DNA of 52,090 nt, filler included, from Catajapyx aquilonaris (lineage: Eukaryota), in NCBI GenBank assembly GCA_000934665.2. It is 3 parts of 3 records of this genome, joined end to end, with 100 filler letters (N's around TTAATTAATTAA, not from the genome) between each part and the next. Parts side by side here need not be neighbours in the genome. Positions count along the whole stretch, not along the records: positions 34,822 to 52,090 come from JYFJ02006987.1; 2 more parts are not named here. The stretch is one strand, 5' to 3'. The translations under genes were made by a program, and so were the position numbers. Shown here piece after piece: positions 50,801 through 52,090 of this stretch. Numbering within the stretch: position 1 is the first letter of the stretch; every line of letters begins with the position of its first letter. Under the pieces are notes generated by a model. The model was not told the DNA's origin, ran no database searches, and saw nothing but the letters and a program-made list of their open reading frames with translations.

Positions 50801-51454
50801 CACTGCTACTAGAAGGTGCTTGGGTACAAATTCTTTCTGTGTCACACCTTCGATCGATTGTACCCTATTGAAACAATGGCATAAAACGAGAATATGTTAT
50901 CACAGGCTATGCCTTGCCACAGCTTGGGAGATGAGCTTGGGAAAAGTCTCACCCAAAGCAATGCAAGAAATAACAGCAATCATTTATCACTCACTGAAAC
51001 TGTTGGGACCCAAACTGTGGGTTATTAAGCAGGCTTTCAATATGACAGTGCTATCCCGAACCCCATCCTAAGTAGGAAGAGAAGCTGGAAGTTTGCTCAA
51101 GGAGGAAATTTCTCATATGATCAGGTCCCAGTTTCTGATGATGAAAGGATACATCACTGTGACCACCACGTTAATAAATAGCTGTTTGTAATAACTGTGA
51201 GATACCTGAGAAAGATTTTGATCACTGCTGATACTGATCATGTACACAAAAAGCTTGTGACATACAATGTGGCAGAGGTAAATGTGACAACGGTTTTATT
51301 GAGTTTCACTTTTCTTTGTCAGCTGGAGTGGTCCAGGGTCAAGCAGTAGCTATCCTCCCACCCCTCAAAATTTCTACGCACCCCACTCCCCAGATCCATC
51401 GTCACACCGGGACACTCCCTCTGTTGGCAGTGCTGTCTCAGAGTCTGTCAACAG
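36653..51454 (+). CDS. STAT: Signal transducer and activator of transcription (STAT5B/Stat92E-like); 14 internal exons, partial at both ends
   Basis: Phase-compatible GT-AG exons: 36653-36742, 38033-38213, 38278-38384, 39368-39546, 40060-40212, 40547-40661, 40721-40869, 41289-41412, 44348-44583, 44649-44801, 44897-45021, 45246-45401, 46013-46073, 51323-51454 (1961 nt, no stops). Motifs: [37 protein letters not shown]2 [14 protein letters not shown], and phospho-Tyr GYVKP (TAC 46039-46041). Confidence 0.97.
37605..37713. mobile_element. Near-perfect 109-bp hairpin MITE with TA flanks, in a STAT intron
   Basis: TGTACTATATCGCTCAAAAAGATAGAGACGATT...AATCGTCTCTATCTTTTTGAGCGATATAGTACA. Confidence 0.8.
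42138..42855. mobile_element. PIF/Harbinger-type MITE
   Basis: TTA TSD (42135-42137, 42856-42858) and perfect 23-bp TIR AGGTGCATTCACATATCCGCGAT. Confidence 0.85.
43135..44152. mobile_element. TTAA-targeting non-autonomous element, Kolobok-like
   Basis: TTAA at 43131-43134 and 44153-44156. The 14-bp TIR GGTGGAAATGAAGC starts purine-purine, unlike the CC start of piggyBac. Confidence 0.7.
47858..48040 (-). mobile_element. SINE 3' fragment (family A-related)
   Basis: (TAAA)n tail, CCCC-hairpin-GGGG 3' end, and GCACATCCCCTCC motif shared with 3289-3592. Boundaries approximate. Confidence 0.55.
48533..49017. mobile_element. piggyBac-type MITE, young
   Basis: TTAA at 48529-48532 and 49018-49021; perfect 18-bp TIR CCCTCAGACGGTGACGTG; perfect 28-bp subterminal inverted repeat (48541-48568 / 48956-48983). 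Confidence 0.92.
49320..50108 (+). mobile_element. mariner-derived MITE with transposase C-terminal remnant
   Basis: TA flanks and TIR CGAGGGnn[38 protein letters not shown] resembles the mariner HPPYSPDLAPSDF motif once the SINE is removed. Confidence 0.85.
49636..49838 (-). mobile_element. tRNA-derived SINE (family C) inserted in the mariner remnant
   Basis: TSD GCCTCCAGTGACTTT (49621-49635, 49839-49853), box A TGGTCTAGTG, box B GGTTCAAATCC, and (CAAA)n tail. Confidence 0.88.
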
Positions 51455-52090
51455 GTAGGTGGCTTTTTGTCTTATGGAAAAAAAAACCCCCACTCAGTAT
51501 GCATGTACCCGTACCAGTTTCAACAGGCCGTAAGTCTGATAGCCATCAAGGAGATGATGTGTTTGTTCATATAGTGACACTGGGTGGGAGGGAAGTGTGG
51601 CATTACCTGTACAGGGTGATCCTCGAGTCCTCATCTGAAGAGACTTAGCTTGAGTGTCAGGGAAGCTTCATTATTAATATTGGCGCTAGAAATTGGAATT
51701 GGGAGAGCTCAAATCTGCACTAAATTTTGGAGTTATGAAACTTGTAGTTATGTCCTGGAATGGAGTTAAATGATTGTTCATTATTGTAGTAATTCTGTGA
51801 GGGACAGATTACACAGCGCAACAAAAAAAAACTTTCGGCGTGTTACTCGGAAATCACTATGCACATCATGTTAGTAGGACCCAAAGTAGCTGGGAAACGC
51901 CCGGGATTTCTCTCCCAAAATGTGCAGTGGGTCAGGGTGACCAAAAATGTGAAAAATTCAAAATATTGACGTTTTTTGGCCTATTTCCAGGTCTGGCAAC
52001 CACTGTAAGTTTCGGATTTTGTTTTTGCTGGCAGTAGGTGTTACCTGGGTCTAGTCTGAAGCCACTATGGTGTTTAAAGTCAATCTTTTA

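Noticed and set aside
5015..51454. Immune/defence cluster linking the beta-lactamase-like gene and STAT
   Set aside because: The genes lie on different contigs joined by artificial spacers.

Overview
Eukaryotic, intron-rich and TE-dense DNA. It is most likely from an arthropod, inferred from the STAT protein and the SINE types. The window is three contigs (1-17315, 17416-34721, 34822-52090; 17,315/17,306/17,269 bp) joined by artificial N44-TTAATTAATTAA-N44 spacers, so adjacency across the spacers carries no meaning. Contig 1 holds a spliced, signal-peptide-bearing class C beta-lactamase/PBP-like serine hydrolase gene (SxxK, YxN, HxG). It has two frame lesions and a diverged tandem duplicate of its last two exons, and it sits among nested MITEs and SINEs. 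Contig 2 holds, all on the minus strand: a spliced two-BED-finger hAT-derived pseudogene; a tandem array of ~200-230 bp units that each look like an exon plus a short intron; a 5'-truncated RNase H-bearing non-LTR retrotransposon; and a decayed Helentron/Helitron2-type Rep-PIF1 element. Contig 3 holds 14 in-frame exons of a STAT5/Stat92E-like gene with many MITEs and SINEs in its introns. All family assignments come from motif recognition by eye; no searches were run. I cannot demonstrate a new biological system. The best leads are the exon-intron repeat family and the secreted beta-lactamase-like locus.
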